Shown: one piece after another, positions 1 to 10,195 of the stretch
Layout of the letters: each line of letters starts with the position of its first letter
Position numbering within the stretch: position 1 is the stretch's first letter
Source: an uncultured Nitrososphaeraceae archaeon
GTDB taxonomy: Archaea; Thermoproteota; Nitrososphaeria; Nitrososphaerales; Nitrososphaeraceae
Reading direction: 5' to 3'
NCBI GenBank assembly: GCA_963825865.1
Contig: CAWGVG010000041.1
Location: 1-30,429 of the forward strand
Length of the DNA stretch: 30,429 nt
Notes under the pieces: generated by a model
The model's database searches: none
Seen by the model: the letters and a program-made list of their open reading frames with translations, nothing else
What the model was told of the DNA's origin: nothing
Translations under genes and position numbers: made by a program

Positions 1-102
1 GGGGATGAACTGGTGTATAAATTGACTTTAAAGTATCTTCGACAAAAAGGCTATGATATTGGCAATAACACAATTCCACGTATAAGAAACACTTGCACGT
101 AA
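1..102 (+). CDS. 3' end of a hypothetical protein (runs off the window)
   Basis: Frame 1 reads GDELVYKLTLKYLRQKGYDIGNNTIPRIRNTCT* from base 1; protein-like, no family assigned. Confidence 0.45.
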   Translation, partial: GDELVYKLTLKYLRQKGYDIGNNTIPRIRNTCT

Positions 103-839
103 AACATTTCCCTAAACACAGGTCGGATTTATATTGATCCGCCAAGAAAAATAACAACAGCTAATAAGTTTTGAAGATGAACCGATATTTACTGTATATG
201 CTTGTTGTCTTCCAATTTGGTTTTGTCTTTGCTTGTTGTCGTTTCATAATGTTTTATCTTTGAATGAGATATCGTTGTTGCATACTTATATTCACAATGC
301 CTTGCTAAAGCTAAACTCGTCATAACATGGACTTATACACATTCATAGATACGGCATCAAAAAAGGGTTTATTATTAATTAACTTTCAATAACATGTTGC
401 TGTTAATTGACATAAAGGCAACAATATTCACACTCAATAGGTATGCAAAGCAAGGATAAAAAAGCAATGATAACAAGTTAATAAAAAAAGCTGTATTATA
501 ATATCCCAAGAAATGCCATACAATATCTTTTAACATGGATTTAAGATAACTACTGATGATATGAAGTAATGTGATTTATACAAGTTAGAATGACTATCAA
601 TTCGATGGAAGTATCCAAAGAAATAACTCTAGCACTTATTATTCTGGTAGACAATTGTACCACTAGCTTCAATGTTTAGTGTTGGACCACGAAGTCTGTT
701 TAGGTATTGCTTCATGACTTCTACATCGTTGTATCCTACTGCTACTTTTTACAAAACTACCCTCAACCACGTTGATATTCACTTAACCTATAGAAGTGCA
801 TTGCTAACCTTGAAATAGGATACGGATGTCCGAAATGTC

Positions 840-1016
840 ATTAGAGTTGAATATTTTCCAAATAGTTCATCAGAATTGAATGCTGTAGAAGAAAGCTGGA
901 AACATCTGTTGGTATCAAAATACTATCCAAGATTCCCTGATCTGAAGGTGGCAATAAGAGAATATTACTGAACTAGACGTTTCAATTTAGATATAGTCAA
1001 GTATCTATTGAGATGA
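840..1016 (+). mobile_element. IS630-family transposase C-terminal remnant
   Basis: Manual translation IRVEYFPNSSSELNAVEESWKHLLVSKYYPRFPDLKVAIREYY*TRRFNLDIVKYLLR*; matches the IS630 DDE_3 'YLPxYSPELNPIExxW' motif; internal TGA at 969. Confidence 0.8.
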
Positions 1017-1318
1017 TTACACGAATAGTAAAAGATGCTAACTATCAAATGATTAAGGATATTCCAGACATTTCTTCTAGCATGTTTATCATCTTGTAGC
1101 GTATGGATAATGGTTATGTTCAAATGTTATCCTCTTATGATACAATAGATGACCTATTCCATAGAAAGCTGTTTGTTATGTCCATTATTTTAAATGGTGT
1201 TATCAGCATTTAGGATCTTGTATTCCTTTTTTAGCATCTTCCCAACCATCACTATATCCTTGACATACCCTCAATTGTATTCTTCACTATGTTTGCTCCT
1301 GGATTACTATCAAAGCGC

Positions 1319-1415
1319 TTCGAGTGGAAAGACCTCGTTCATCGGTCTCACACCTGAGAGAACGCTGAATGATAGCGTGTCTTGCGAATCGATGGAACGT
1401 ACCACTAGGCCAACC
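1319..1415 (-). pseudogene. Zn-dependent alcohol dehydrogenase (MDR) C-terminal fragment
   Basis: Minus strand reads GWPSGT/SIDSQDTLSFSVLSGVRPMNEVFPLE with one extra base; typical C-terminal segment of AdhP/CAD-like ADHs; locally higher GC. Confidence 0.7.
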
Positions 1416-1755
1416 TAAAAAGCACTAATATCGTAGCGGGCTCGAAGGAATGTGAATCAAATTTGACACGATTTTAAGGCCCAAAGGCAATATAGAAAAA
1501 ATCTTATACAAATTACATGACAAATTTTATGGTTCACATAGTTGAAATTCTTATAGCCGTCCTTGTAGACTTTTGAGTCTGGGTAGTAGCAAGTGTCATC
1601 TAATGAGTTCTATATTAACATACGCTAAAATCTAACTGTTCTTATGATTATATAATTTTTATAATAATTAGTTTATACCGGCCAACATTCGAAGGTATGT
1701 GGTTTTCCCTGCAAGGCTATTTCGATAGACTAGGACATAGCCCTACAGTTTACTC

Positions 1756-2616
1756 CTATTGTCGTATCTGCTTATCAATCAACGAATAGAACAGACTATC
1801 GGGAATGAAGGGTCTTAATTTAACTGCTAATTTTTCTTTGGTAGATACAACAACATATTTTTGCTTTGGATTTGGTGATGATATGGCATTAGAGATGACG
1901 TTTGCAACCACATTCGGCTTTAAGCCAGCATAATTTCTTTTAATAAAATACTTGTTGTAAGATCCGATAAATCTTGAGTGTTTATTATTGGCGATTATAT
2001 CATCTACCTTTATTTTTAAAATATCATAGATGTTTGTTTCAATAACTCCTGGATTAATAGTTATGATTTTAATGTTTGTATCCCAAAGCTCCATTCTCAA
2101 TGCATCGGATATTGCTTCCAATGCATGTTTTGCAGCTGAGTAAGCTCCAATCAAAGGAAGTGAAATCAATCCAGCGAGTGAGCTAACATTTACAATTCTT
2201 CCTCCTACTCCTAATTCTCCATTTCTTTGTGTCATCATTAATGGCAATACTTTCTTTGTGAATCCCACAAGACCAAAGAAATTTGTTTCAAACTGTTTTC
2301 TTAAATTATCCATCGTTATATCTTCAACTGCTCCAGGCTCTACATAGCCTGCATTATTTACAAGACCATAAATTGTATTTTCTTTAGTTTTTGAGATTAT
2401 GTCATTAAGAATGTCGTCAAATGTTTCTGGATTGGTAATATCAAATTCTATTGGAATATAAAGATCTTTAGATAGTCTTTCAGAGGAAAGAATATTGGCA
2501 AGCTTGTCATATCTTCGTGCTAATCCAAAGACTTGATAGCCATATTCTGCTAATTTGAGTCCAGTATATTTACCAATACCACTAGAAGTTCCTGTTACAA
2601 TAATTGATTTTCCCAA
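1756..2616 (-). CDS. Short-chain dehydrogenase/reductase (classical SDR)
   Basis: TGTSSGIG Rossmann motif, NNAG, catalytic YSAAK (YxxxK), NPG; intact 286 aa. Confidence 0.95.
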   Translation of the reverse strand: MGKSIIVTGTSSGIGKYTGLKLAEYGYQVFGLARRYDKLANILSSERLSKDLYIPIEFDITNPETFDDILNDIISKTKENTIYGLVNNAGYVEPGAVEDITMDNLRKQFETNFFGLVGFTKKVLPLMMTQRNGELGVGGRIVNVSSLAGLISLPLIGAYSAAKHALEAISDALRMELWDTNIKIITINPGVIETNIYDILKIKVDDIIANNKHSRFIGSYNKYFIKRNYAGLKPNVVANVISNAISSPNPKQKYVVVSTKEKLAVKLRPFIPDSLFYSLIDKQIRQ

Positions 2617-3419
2617 TCTATTATTCTACTAGGAAATTAATGCATATAACCAATATTTCCATATCGGGTGTCTCATTGCATCTAAAGGCATAGCTATTAA
2701 GAAATGACTATAAGAAGTTTTTAAGAAATACAAGGTATTAAACTAAATATTGAAAACAAAGAGAACTGCGCTATTCTATTATTACATATTCATCTTTTCT
2801 TGCTTGCAGTTCCTTTGGAATTGCTCTTGATCTAACTCGTCTTGTGGTTTTTTCACAAACAGTTACATACCTCATATGACACTTCACAGCGCAATTTCTT
2901 ATTTATGGTTTATGCAGTAAAATGGGAAGAAAGGCATAAAGGAATGAGAAACACCAATCTATTTACTTATCGCTAGTTTTCTTGCATATCTTATAGACTA
3001 GGACATCAAGGAAATACAACAACGAAAGAAAAGCAATTTTCAGCAAAATACAGATGTAACGACTACGATGAATCTTCAACTTCTGTGGATATTCTTCGGA
3101 GAATAGAAAAATAGCATATCAATATGACGATAATTCATTTCGGACAATAAATGAATAACTAATGCGACACAAACTTACTACAGACAATGGATAACTAAGG
3201 GGAGAAGTATGACAAATTTTAAGTAACTTCCACTACTGCGATATTGTAACCAGAGTTCACATAGAGTCAGTTCGTTCCTTAGTCTAGCGTCTCTATCGCG
3301 TTATGTTGCAACGGTAGTTTGTTTGTCTATTAGGTTTACTTTGAATGAATGAACGAACCTTGAACAAAAATTGTAATTATTGTTTTCATTTGTTATCTGA
3401 AAGATTTGAAATAAAACAA

Positions 3420-3598
3420 CTATTTCACTACCATTACAGGACAATGTGCATAAGTTATAACATGTGTTGCAACACTTCCAAGTAATAGTTTCTTGAAACC
3501 TGATAGCCCCCTTGTTCCAATTACAATTAGGTTAATATCATTTTCTTCAGCATAATCTACTATACCTCCTGCTATATTTATAGAAGCAATAATTTCTG
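3420..3598 (-). pseudogene. Universal stress protein (UspA), C-terminal half only
   Basis: IVDYAEENDINLIVIGTRGLSGFKKLLLGSVATHVITYAHCPVMVVK is the USP C-terminal signature; no N-terminal half upstream. Confidence 0.85.
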
Positions 3599-4044
3599 GG
3601 CTCTGTCGAAACCATCTATTCTTGATAAGCCAAAAGCTATGTAACATTGCCATATCATACATGTGGTGAAAGAATCAAGATATGTCAAACTAGCACATAC
3701 TATGTATGCATATAATTATGCAATATGCATCTAATTTCTGTTTTTATTTGAATATTCTCTTCAATTGCTTTAAGTCTAACTTTATGCCTATGTGTACGTC
3801 ACGGTTGCTCTGCTATCGAATTTTCATACTACCGTAATCTGGGCCTCAAATTAATGTCAAATTTGATTCAAATATCAGTCAGTCGCGCATCTTAGCTAAC
3901 TTACAGCTCGTATACGACAAACTTTACAAACTGACCAGGGTGGTGCTCTTCTAGATGAATAAAACGTCTAATGCTCTTTATGATTTCTTGCTCAGATAGA
4001 GACCATTATTGATAGGGTATTGGCATCTAACTTAACTTTTTTAG

Positions 4045-4279
4045 GATAGCAGTGTTGTAAATCTTGTAAATGATTTATGAATGTCAAGATACATGTGGAA
4101 TGAGAGGATGTAATAAATCAACTGTTATAATAAGTTCAATCGATATCAAATGGTTTTACAAAATTAGCCAGACAGGTCTGTCTATTGATAGAAAAGATCT
4201 TCACAAGATAATTGAAGATCCAAATATGCCAAGAGATGTTAAAAAAGAAATAACAAGGATTTTCCCACATTTGTCATAA
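4045..4279 (+). pseudogene. Small Cys-rich hypothetical protein, probably frameshifted at the 5' end
   Basis: ORF 4070-4279 (YECQDTCGMRGC...WFYKIS...IIEDPNMP); an adjacent upstream frame adds QCCKSCK. Confidence 0.5.
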
Positions 4280-5074
4280 TGGCATATTGGATCTTTGGGA
4301 AAGTGGATCTTACATTTCGTTATTATTGATATTAATCCCTGTTTGTCCATGTATATTGTTCCTGTAATTTTTCCTATTATATCTGCGCTGTTATATCTAA
4401 TTCCTTATTTTATAGATCATATCAATTGGCCAAGGATATTAAAAATACATAAGCATAATTTAGGTGAACCTACAAGGACTTATACCACCCAGTCCACTAT
4501 TTCAAAACGAAAGGTTACGGCAGCATTTTGAGCATGTTTTTCGGATTTTGCTAGCAAAACAGAGCTTACAAAGTGTTATAACCTTGGAATTGGTTCTGAA
4601 GTTTGGATTTATGTTATTATCAAGCATACTGAAAATAGAATATGTAGTCTAGACAATATGCATATTGATATTATTTAAAATATATGTTAAAAGTGGTTGT
4701 TGTACGAATATATTTACTAGCTTCAATGAGCTGTATTTAGCTTAGCTCTAATATTCATTTGAATTGTGATTTATTGGAGATGGAAAAAAATTGAATTTAT
4801 AACAATAGGAAACACCACAATATTGGATAAAGGCAGATTGATAAAAAAATTTGCAGAAATACACGAAAATTGGAATAATAGTGAGCATTTGTTACCGATT
4901 GTCCGCTTGGTAATTGCTTTATCGTTCTTAGATCCAAATACTGCTATATGCTTTTTGAAATAATAACAATAGCAAAACCAAGTAAGAGGCATTCTGTTAG
5001 TATACCGCCAATCAAAAGAAGCTTATTGCAACACGTATCTGAGTCAATTCTTATTTTTCATCCTTTCTCCTACT

Positions 5075-5381
5075 TCATTCCATCCACTTAGGTCCACTTC
5101 AACAAATATCGATTCATTTTTCTTTGCAGCAGCAATCCATCTCTTTAATGCCTGCTTCCAGTCTACCTCGTTTTCATCATTCATATCTGTTCGAACACAT
5201 CGACAAATCTTGTATAAAATTCACCCACTTTTGTCATTGCTCTAAAATGCTCATCATCCTTTAAACCAATAGCAAATTCATTTTTGTCTTTGTTTGTATA
5301 TATACAAATCAGTGATTTTTGATGCTTATTGATATTATTATTATTCATATTGTCTTTGTTATGATTGTTGTTATTTTTCAT
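5075..5381 (-). pseudogene. Hypothetical protein, frameshifted near 5190
   Basis: ORF 5181-5381 continues in another frame as DMNDENEVDWKQALKRWIAAAKKNESIFVEVDLKWME*; Asn-rich N-terminus. Confidence 0.45.
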
Positions 5382-5536
5382 TTCTTAAATCAGGGCACCT
5401 TCAGTTTTAGATCTAGTCTAGGTAATATGCGAAGTGAGACACTCAGAGCATTTACAATGTCAGAAGCTGAAAAAATAATCGAAAAGCTATAGTGAGTTTG
5501 GTAAATATTAAAACTAGCTAATTCTTCTAATGCTTT

Positions 5537-5870
5537 ATGCAGCCTACCTATCTTAGAGATATTACTGAAGACGAGAAGAACAATCTGTATGGCATAATGG
5601 ATAATAATGCGGAAGCAGATTACAGAGCCACAATTATTCTTCTAAGAAGTGAATGTTATACTGTAGCAGAGATACGCAGACAGACAGACAAACCACCATG
5701 ATAACAACATAAGGAAATGGATACACAGATTCAACAGCCACGGTATTGATGGCATTGTATCAAGAAAACATAATCATACTGCTCCAAAGATAACTGATGA
5801 TATAGAAAAAGAGATTGTACGGATAGCTTCAACCAATCCAAGGATGGATTGGCAGTTCATTATATCATGA
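5537..5870 (+). mobile_element. IS630-family transposase N-terminal HTH remnant
   Basis: MQPTYLRDITEDEKNNL...YRATIILLRSECYTVAEIRR/TNHHDNNIRKWIHRFNSHGIDGIVSRKH...KITDDIEKEIVRIASTNPR; 'IRKWIHRFNxxGIDG' is typical of IS630 HTH; frameshift at an ACAG tandem repeat (~5680); no DDE domain follows. Confidence 0.8.
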
Positions 5871-5964
5871 AAGCATGCCCTTCTTGATATGGATTATCAG
5901 GCTGATGAGATTAGGAAGTTAAATAGCTGACTCTAGGAAACAATCTTAAATAGAATAATAGAAC

Positions 5965-6676
5965 ATGAAAAGTACGAGCTTTGTATTTTAGAAAGAGCTA
6001 CGATAACAAAATCCAGTTGCTCTCAGACCTGGTTGAAAAACTAAATAAAGCATTATCCACTGAAAATGCTTCAGCAGATAGAATAATATCAAGAATAGAT
6101 CAGACTCCGATAGAAGAAGTAAAACAAAGACTAAAGCAGCACTTGAAAGAAACAAATAATCAAAAAAGTAGGCTTAGAAGAATAATTACACGATTAGGAG
6201 GAAAGCCAACTGATGCTAAAGCAGATTTATCACTATCATTCGTATCTACTACGATGCCGAGGAGAAATAATCTTCCAAAGAATGTAAAATCAAAAACAGA
6301 GGATAACGGTCTAGAAAATTCTATGCCGGAAGAATATGAATTAGTGCAAATGAGGCGAGATTTCGCATTAAAACATGATGAATTGGTGGCCTACGATTCA
6401 CTGATCCGGGCAATGCAAATGACGGATACACCGCAACAGCATAAGAATATATCATTACTGGAAAAGAGTATGCAGGAAGAAGAATCAATGGCATATTGGT
6501 ACAAAATGCATACGCCTTTGATACTTGACAACCTATGGCCAAAGATGATTCATACTTCAATAAGACGTGGTCAAAACTTTCTTCTTAACCACATCGGTTC
6601 AAAGATTCCACTCATTATCATATATGCCGATCTTGTTGGCTCAACGAATATGAGCATGACCCTAGAAAATAGTTAG
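5965..6676 (+). pseudogene. Ferritin-like (DUF892/YciF) domain fused to the start of a class III adenylate/guanylate cyclase; 3' truncated
   Basis: ALSTENA, QHLKETNNQKSRL, LGGKP, ELVAY, EEESMA are YciF-like; IIIYADLVGSTNMS is the cyclase beta-1 motif; stops a few codons later. Likely ATG at 5965 with one extra T near 5985. Confidence 0.8.
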
Positions 6677-6825
6677 GAGCCATTTCTTTTGGTATTTGTT
6701 ATTTTTTGCTTAACCTGATATCATCATCATCATCTTCTTCTTCTGAGACTGAGTAATATTCTGTAAATGAATAGTTGTTATTGTTGCTGAATAAAATTGA
6801 GGAAGATATTTGTTATGTGTGCTAT

Positions 6826-7638
6826 CTACTGTACATAACAAATATCAGTTATTGTTCTTGTCGTTTTTCTTATCATGTTTATACTGTTGCTGCTCGCTTT
6901 AGGTAGCACCAATATTTGGCCAACCATGTTTGGCATATGTACGTGGCAGGAGTAGTTTATGGTTCCAGGGTTGTTTGCTACAAATGATACAGTGTGGATT
7001 TGTCCTCTCATAAGTTCAAAGGTATCTACTCCGTCGACAGTAATGACATGGTGTGCACCTTGTACTCCTATGAAATGGAGTGTGACTTTATCGCCTTGGT
7101 TAACGACTATTTGATCTGGGGCAAATGTAAATGATTTAAAGTCCCAAGCTCCTACTTTATTTGGTTCTGTTATCCTGAATCCTCCTCCAGTTGGTATAGT
7201 AGAATTTACAGGAGGCTTCTCTGGTGGATGTGTTGGAGTATTCTGAGGACAAGTATCACATTTTACGCCAGCATTTACGTTTGTCATTCCATCAAGGTGT
7301 ACTGTATTTATCCAGAATTCCTTGCTAGTTGATTGGTTTGGGTTAATTGCTTTTAGTGCTGCTGCACTACTTGCTGCCCAGTCTGTACTCATTTGCTGCT
7401 GCTGCAGTCTTGTATCATTTGCTGTTTCAGTTGTTTTGCTTGTTCCAGATGGGTAGACTCCTTGAGCCATTACCTTCTGCAGGTTCTGGCCATTGTTGTT
7501 GATGCCCACTATCATAGCTGCTGCAACTACTGATGCAGCTATGATTGCCACAGCCATTAGCTGTGTTTGTTTTGAAGTTGTTGTTATTATTTTTTTTCGA
7601 TTCATGTTCTTCGATCTCTTATCTATCTTGGTTTTCAT
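6826..7638 (-). CDS. Secreted/membrane-anchored cupredoxin (type 1 blue copper) protein
   Basis: Hydrophobic signal, FTFAPDQIVVNQGDKVTL, GAHH, YSCHVHMPNM (Cys-His-Met ligand loop); intact. Confidence 0.9.
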   Translation of the reverse strand: MKTKIDKRSKNMNRKKIITTTSKQTQLMAVAIIAASVVAAAMIVGINNNGQNLQKVMAQGVYPSGTSKTTETANDTRLQQQQMSTDWAASSAAALKAINPNQSTSKEFWINTVHLDGMTNVNAGVKCDTCPQNTPTHPPEKPPVNSTIPTGGGFRITEPNKVGAWDFKSFTFAPDQIVVNQGDKVTLHFIGVQGAHHVITVDGVDTFELMRGQIHTVSFVANNPGTINYSCHVHMPNMVGQILVLPKASSNSINMIRKTTRTITDICYVQ

Positions 7639-7652
7639 ATAAGCAAGGAGAC

Positions 7653-7685
7653 AAATTCCATCTCTGAATTCCAGAAGTGGAATTC
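7653..7685. promoter_or_regulatory. Tripartite palindromic operator, copy 1
   Basis: Perfect GAATTCCA-gaag-TGGAATTC (7666-7685) plus a third half-site; 15 bp upstream of the cupredoxin ATG; near-identical to 8823-8855. Confidence 0.75.
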
Positions 7686-7865
7686 GTCTAATCTAACTAA
7701 AGCAAAAATAGTAAAAGTATAATCAAACGAGTTTAGGCATTTCGCAATCTTTGTTATAATGAGTGTTCCTTAGTAAATAAAGAAAGAAGAAAAACCCATC
7801 TTATTGCATCTGTAATCGTTAATATATTAAATACGAACTGCATTAACAAGAAATCAGGGAATAAT

Positions 7866-8052
7866 GTGATAGTTCAAAGCCAAAGCGCAAAGAAAGCAAT
7901 CCTAGTCGCTTTGGCTGATGAAGAAATGACTAAAATATTGGATTCTATCATGTATCATTCTAAATCCATTGTTGATATTACAAGGGAAAACAATATTCCC
8001 CATACTACATGTTATAGAAAAACCAAATGGCTACTTAACGAAGACTTATTAC
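7866..8052 (+). pseudogene. Archaeal ArsR-like winged HTH transcription regulator, 3' truncated
   Basis: ILVALADEEMTKILDSIMYHSKSIVDITRENNIPHTTCYRKTKWLLNEDLL; after this the ORF is only the antisense of the neighbouring gene (poly-Tyr). Confidence 0.8.
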
Positions 8053-8493
8053 TGCTACCGCTCCTTCTATACTACTACTATTATCATTATCTATACTACT
8101 ACTTTCAACCATATTTTTTCCGCTTTTTTCTGCATAATAAAATCTAAACCATACCATTATAGTGAAAAAAATAGCAGAGCCAACATGAATTTGCGAACCA
8201 ATATCCGGGGGCAAAACTGAAAATATAGCAATTCTATTACTCTCTATTATTTCTCCTAAAATGTAAACTGCAATAAATACGAATATTTGAAATTGAAAGT
8301 TTTTAATACTCTTGGATCGGATTGCAAGCCATACGAATATGACCAATGGAATCAAGGACAGAATGAGTGTAATATCACTCATAGAATGCAGAAAATCAGC
8401 GGAAGTACTATTACCAACATTGTTATTTTCAAATATATTTATCATGTCTTGAGTTCCTCCTGCTGTTGCTGTTGTTGGTTTTTTATCTTCCAC
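8035..8493 (-). CDS. Small integral membrane protein (about 3 TM)
   Basis: Three hydrophobic segments with embedded GEIIE and QIH; overlaps the end of the upstream membrane gene, suggesting an operon. Confidence 0.8.
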   Translation of the reverse strand: MEDKKPTTATAGGTQDMINIFENNNVGNSTSADFLHSMSDITLILSLIPLVIFVWLAIRSKSIKNFQFQIFVFIAVYILGEIIESNRIAIFSVLPPDIGSQIHVGSAIFFTIMVWFRFYYAEKSGKNMVESSSIDNDNSSSIEGAVAVISLR

Positions 8494-8773
8494 GTATTGA
8501 TAAGATATATTGCTCCAAAGAAAAGCAATGCCGCCATTGATAATGGTTCTAGGAATCCTTTTGCCAATAACCTAAAGCCAATAATTGCAGCAATGTGGTA
8601 GAAAACCTGCACTAAAATAAAACCTACAAGTACCATTGTTAATTTTCTAAAATAATTATTATTAGTTGTTGATACTCTTTCTTGATTTTAAAATAAAGTA
8701 AGCTGGAATTATAGGCAGCAATGAGATAAACAATAGCATCAATAAGGTTATAATAATATTGAGTTTGCAGCAT
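8442..8773 (-). pseudogene. Small integral membrane protein (about 3 TM), two +1 frameshifts
   Basis: Reconstruction: MLQTQYYYNLIDAIVYLIAA/IIPAYFILKSRKSINN/NNNYFRKLTMVLVGFILVQVFYHIAAIIGFRLLAKGFLEPLSMAALLFFGAIYLINTWK...; joins track ORFs 8662-8844 and 8442-8636. Confidence 0.7.
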
Positions 8774-8822
8774 TTTAAGACAATGCTATTATAATGATAT
8801 TCTACATTAAAAGTAGTTATAC

Positions 8823-8855
8823 GAATTCCACTTTTGGAATTCACACGTGAAATTC
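8823..8855. promoter_or_regulatory. Tripartite palindromic operator, copy 2
   Basis: GAATTCCA-cttt-TGGAATTCA-cacg-TGAAATTC between divergent starts at 8773(-) and 8900(+). Confidence 0.75.
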
Positions 8856-8899
8856 GTGTCTGTTTTTATTAGAGCAATAAAGCAATTCATAGAATAATA

Positions 8900-9290
8900 A
8901 TGAATAACATAGATAATCTGAATGAAGTATCAGAAATAAAAAATCAAATTGAGAAGCTACAGAAGAAATACCAAACACACCTTCCTAAGGTCGATCCCTA
9001 CCTTGTTTATGACTTGCTGTTACGACAGCAGAAAAATCCAGCGACTATGTATATGTATAACATAGAAGTGTTTACAAGACAGGGATTAGATGCAAATGCA
9101 GCCAAAGAATATGTATACAAAAAAAGCAGGCATGGTGCCATCTGTTTACGATAAGGGTACCCATTATGTAACAAATCAAAAGCTAACGTTAGAGATACTC
9201 AAGGAAATTTCTGATTGTGAAGAAGTATTACAAGTCAGTGGTGAATACACAGGCTGCTATGCGTCCACTAGTCCATCACATGAGTCTTAG
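8900..9290 (+). pseudogene. Conserved hypothetical protein, one frameshift near 9126
   Basis: ORFs 8900-9154 and 9090-9290 join: ...LPKVDPYLVYDLL...IEVFTRQG...YKK/GMVPSVYDKGTHYVTNQKLTLEILKEISD; paralogue at 9585. Confidence 0.8.
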
Positions 9291-9420
9291 AAATCAGAGA
9301 AATTCCTCTAAATACAGTTTCTATGGATAGATAAGGATATGTTTTTACATAATAAAACTATAGCTGTTGGGAGCAAGAAGAATACATGCCAAGATGAAAA
9401 CAGGAGGAATTATAACATTA

Positions 9421-9574
9421 ATGTATAACAAAGAATCATGCAAAGTATGTGGGACTTATCTGACTTCTATTTGCACTGTGTGAGGTTTGCGAGGAGCAAA
9501 TTTTATGGGTGTGTAGTAAATGTGATAAAATGTATGATGTAACCCATGCTCACAATGTATTGGTTCTAAAATAA
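9421..9574 (+). pseudogene. Zn-finger microprotein (3x CxxC + HxH), one +1 frameshift
   Basis: MYNKESCKVCGTYLTSI/ALCEVCEEQILWVCSKCDKMYDVTHAHNVLVLK*; absent from the ORF track. Confidence 0.7.
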
Positions 9575-9584
9575 CTACTGTTAG

Positions 9585-9884
9585 ATGACAACGGATATAG
9601 ATTACTACTATAGTGATGGCAAAAGTGCGCCAATGTATACGGTAGAGGTATTTACAAAAGAGGAAATAGATTCAGAGGAAGCCAAAATGTATATAATTTA
9701 AAAAACAGGGATGGTACCGTCTATACATGATCATGGCACTCATTATGTAACAAATCAAAAGCTAATATTAGAAATACTCAAGGAAATATCTGATTGTGAA
9801 GATGTTTTAGAAGTTGCTGGTGAATATTCTGGTAGCTGTGAGTCTATAGGGTCGGTACATGAGAGTAGTGAGAAATATGAATAA
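9585..9884 (+). pseudogene. Paralogue of 8900-9290 with an internal stop
   Basis: MTTDIDYYYSDGKSAPMYTVEVFTKEEIDSEEAKMYII*KTGMVPSIHDHGTHYVTNQKLILEILKEISDCEDVLEVAGEY...; TAA at 9699. Confidence 0.8.
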
Positions 9885-10195
9885 TACAATAAATTTATGT
9901 AACTACTAAAGACATTGTTCATCATAATTGTTGTTGCTAATGCATTATTAGGAGGTAGAATTATTAAGGTTACTCAACCCAACAATTACCTCGACCAATT
10001 TTACGACCTGGTGCAGAAGTAAAGCTTAGAACCAAAAACGACATTGCCAGAAGAGCAGACAGCACCATTCAAAAAAATGTCAGTAAACATTGTAAAAATT
10101 GATACACAATGACCCAAAGGACCATGCTGTCATATTTTAAATCATTTTTTGATGATAAAACAACAAGGATGTCAGTCAAAAAAAGAAGGATGGTG

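Noticed and set aside
1194-1418. 74-aa + strand ORF or a GC-rich ncRNA
   Set aside because: Explained by a minus-strand ADH fragment plus another remnant (GYSDGWEDAKK)
8053-8601. Poly-Tyr and poly-Cys ORFs on +
   Set aside because: Antisense of Ser-rich and Gln/Thr/Ala-rich stretches of the membrane genes
7653-8855. GAATTC palindromes as CRISPR repeats or transposon ends
   Set aside because: Only two copies 1.2 kb apart, no spacers or cas genes, no transposase or target duplication; one spacer has diverged while the half-sites are kept
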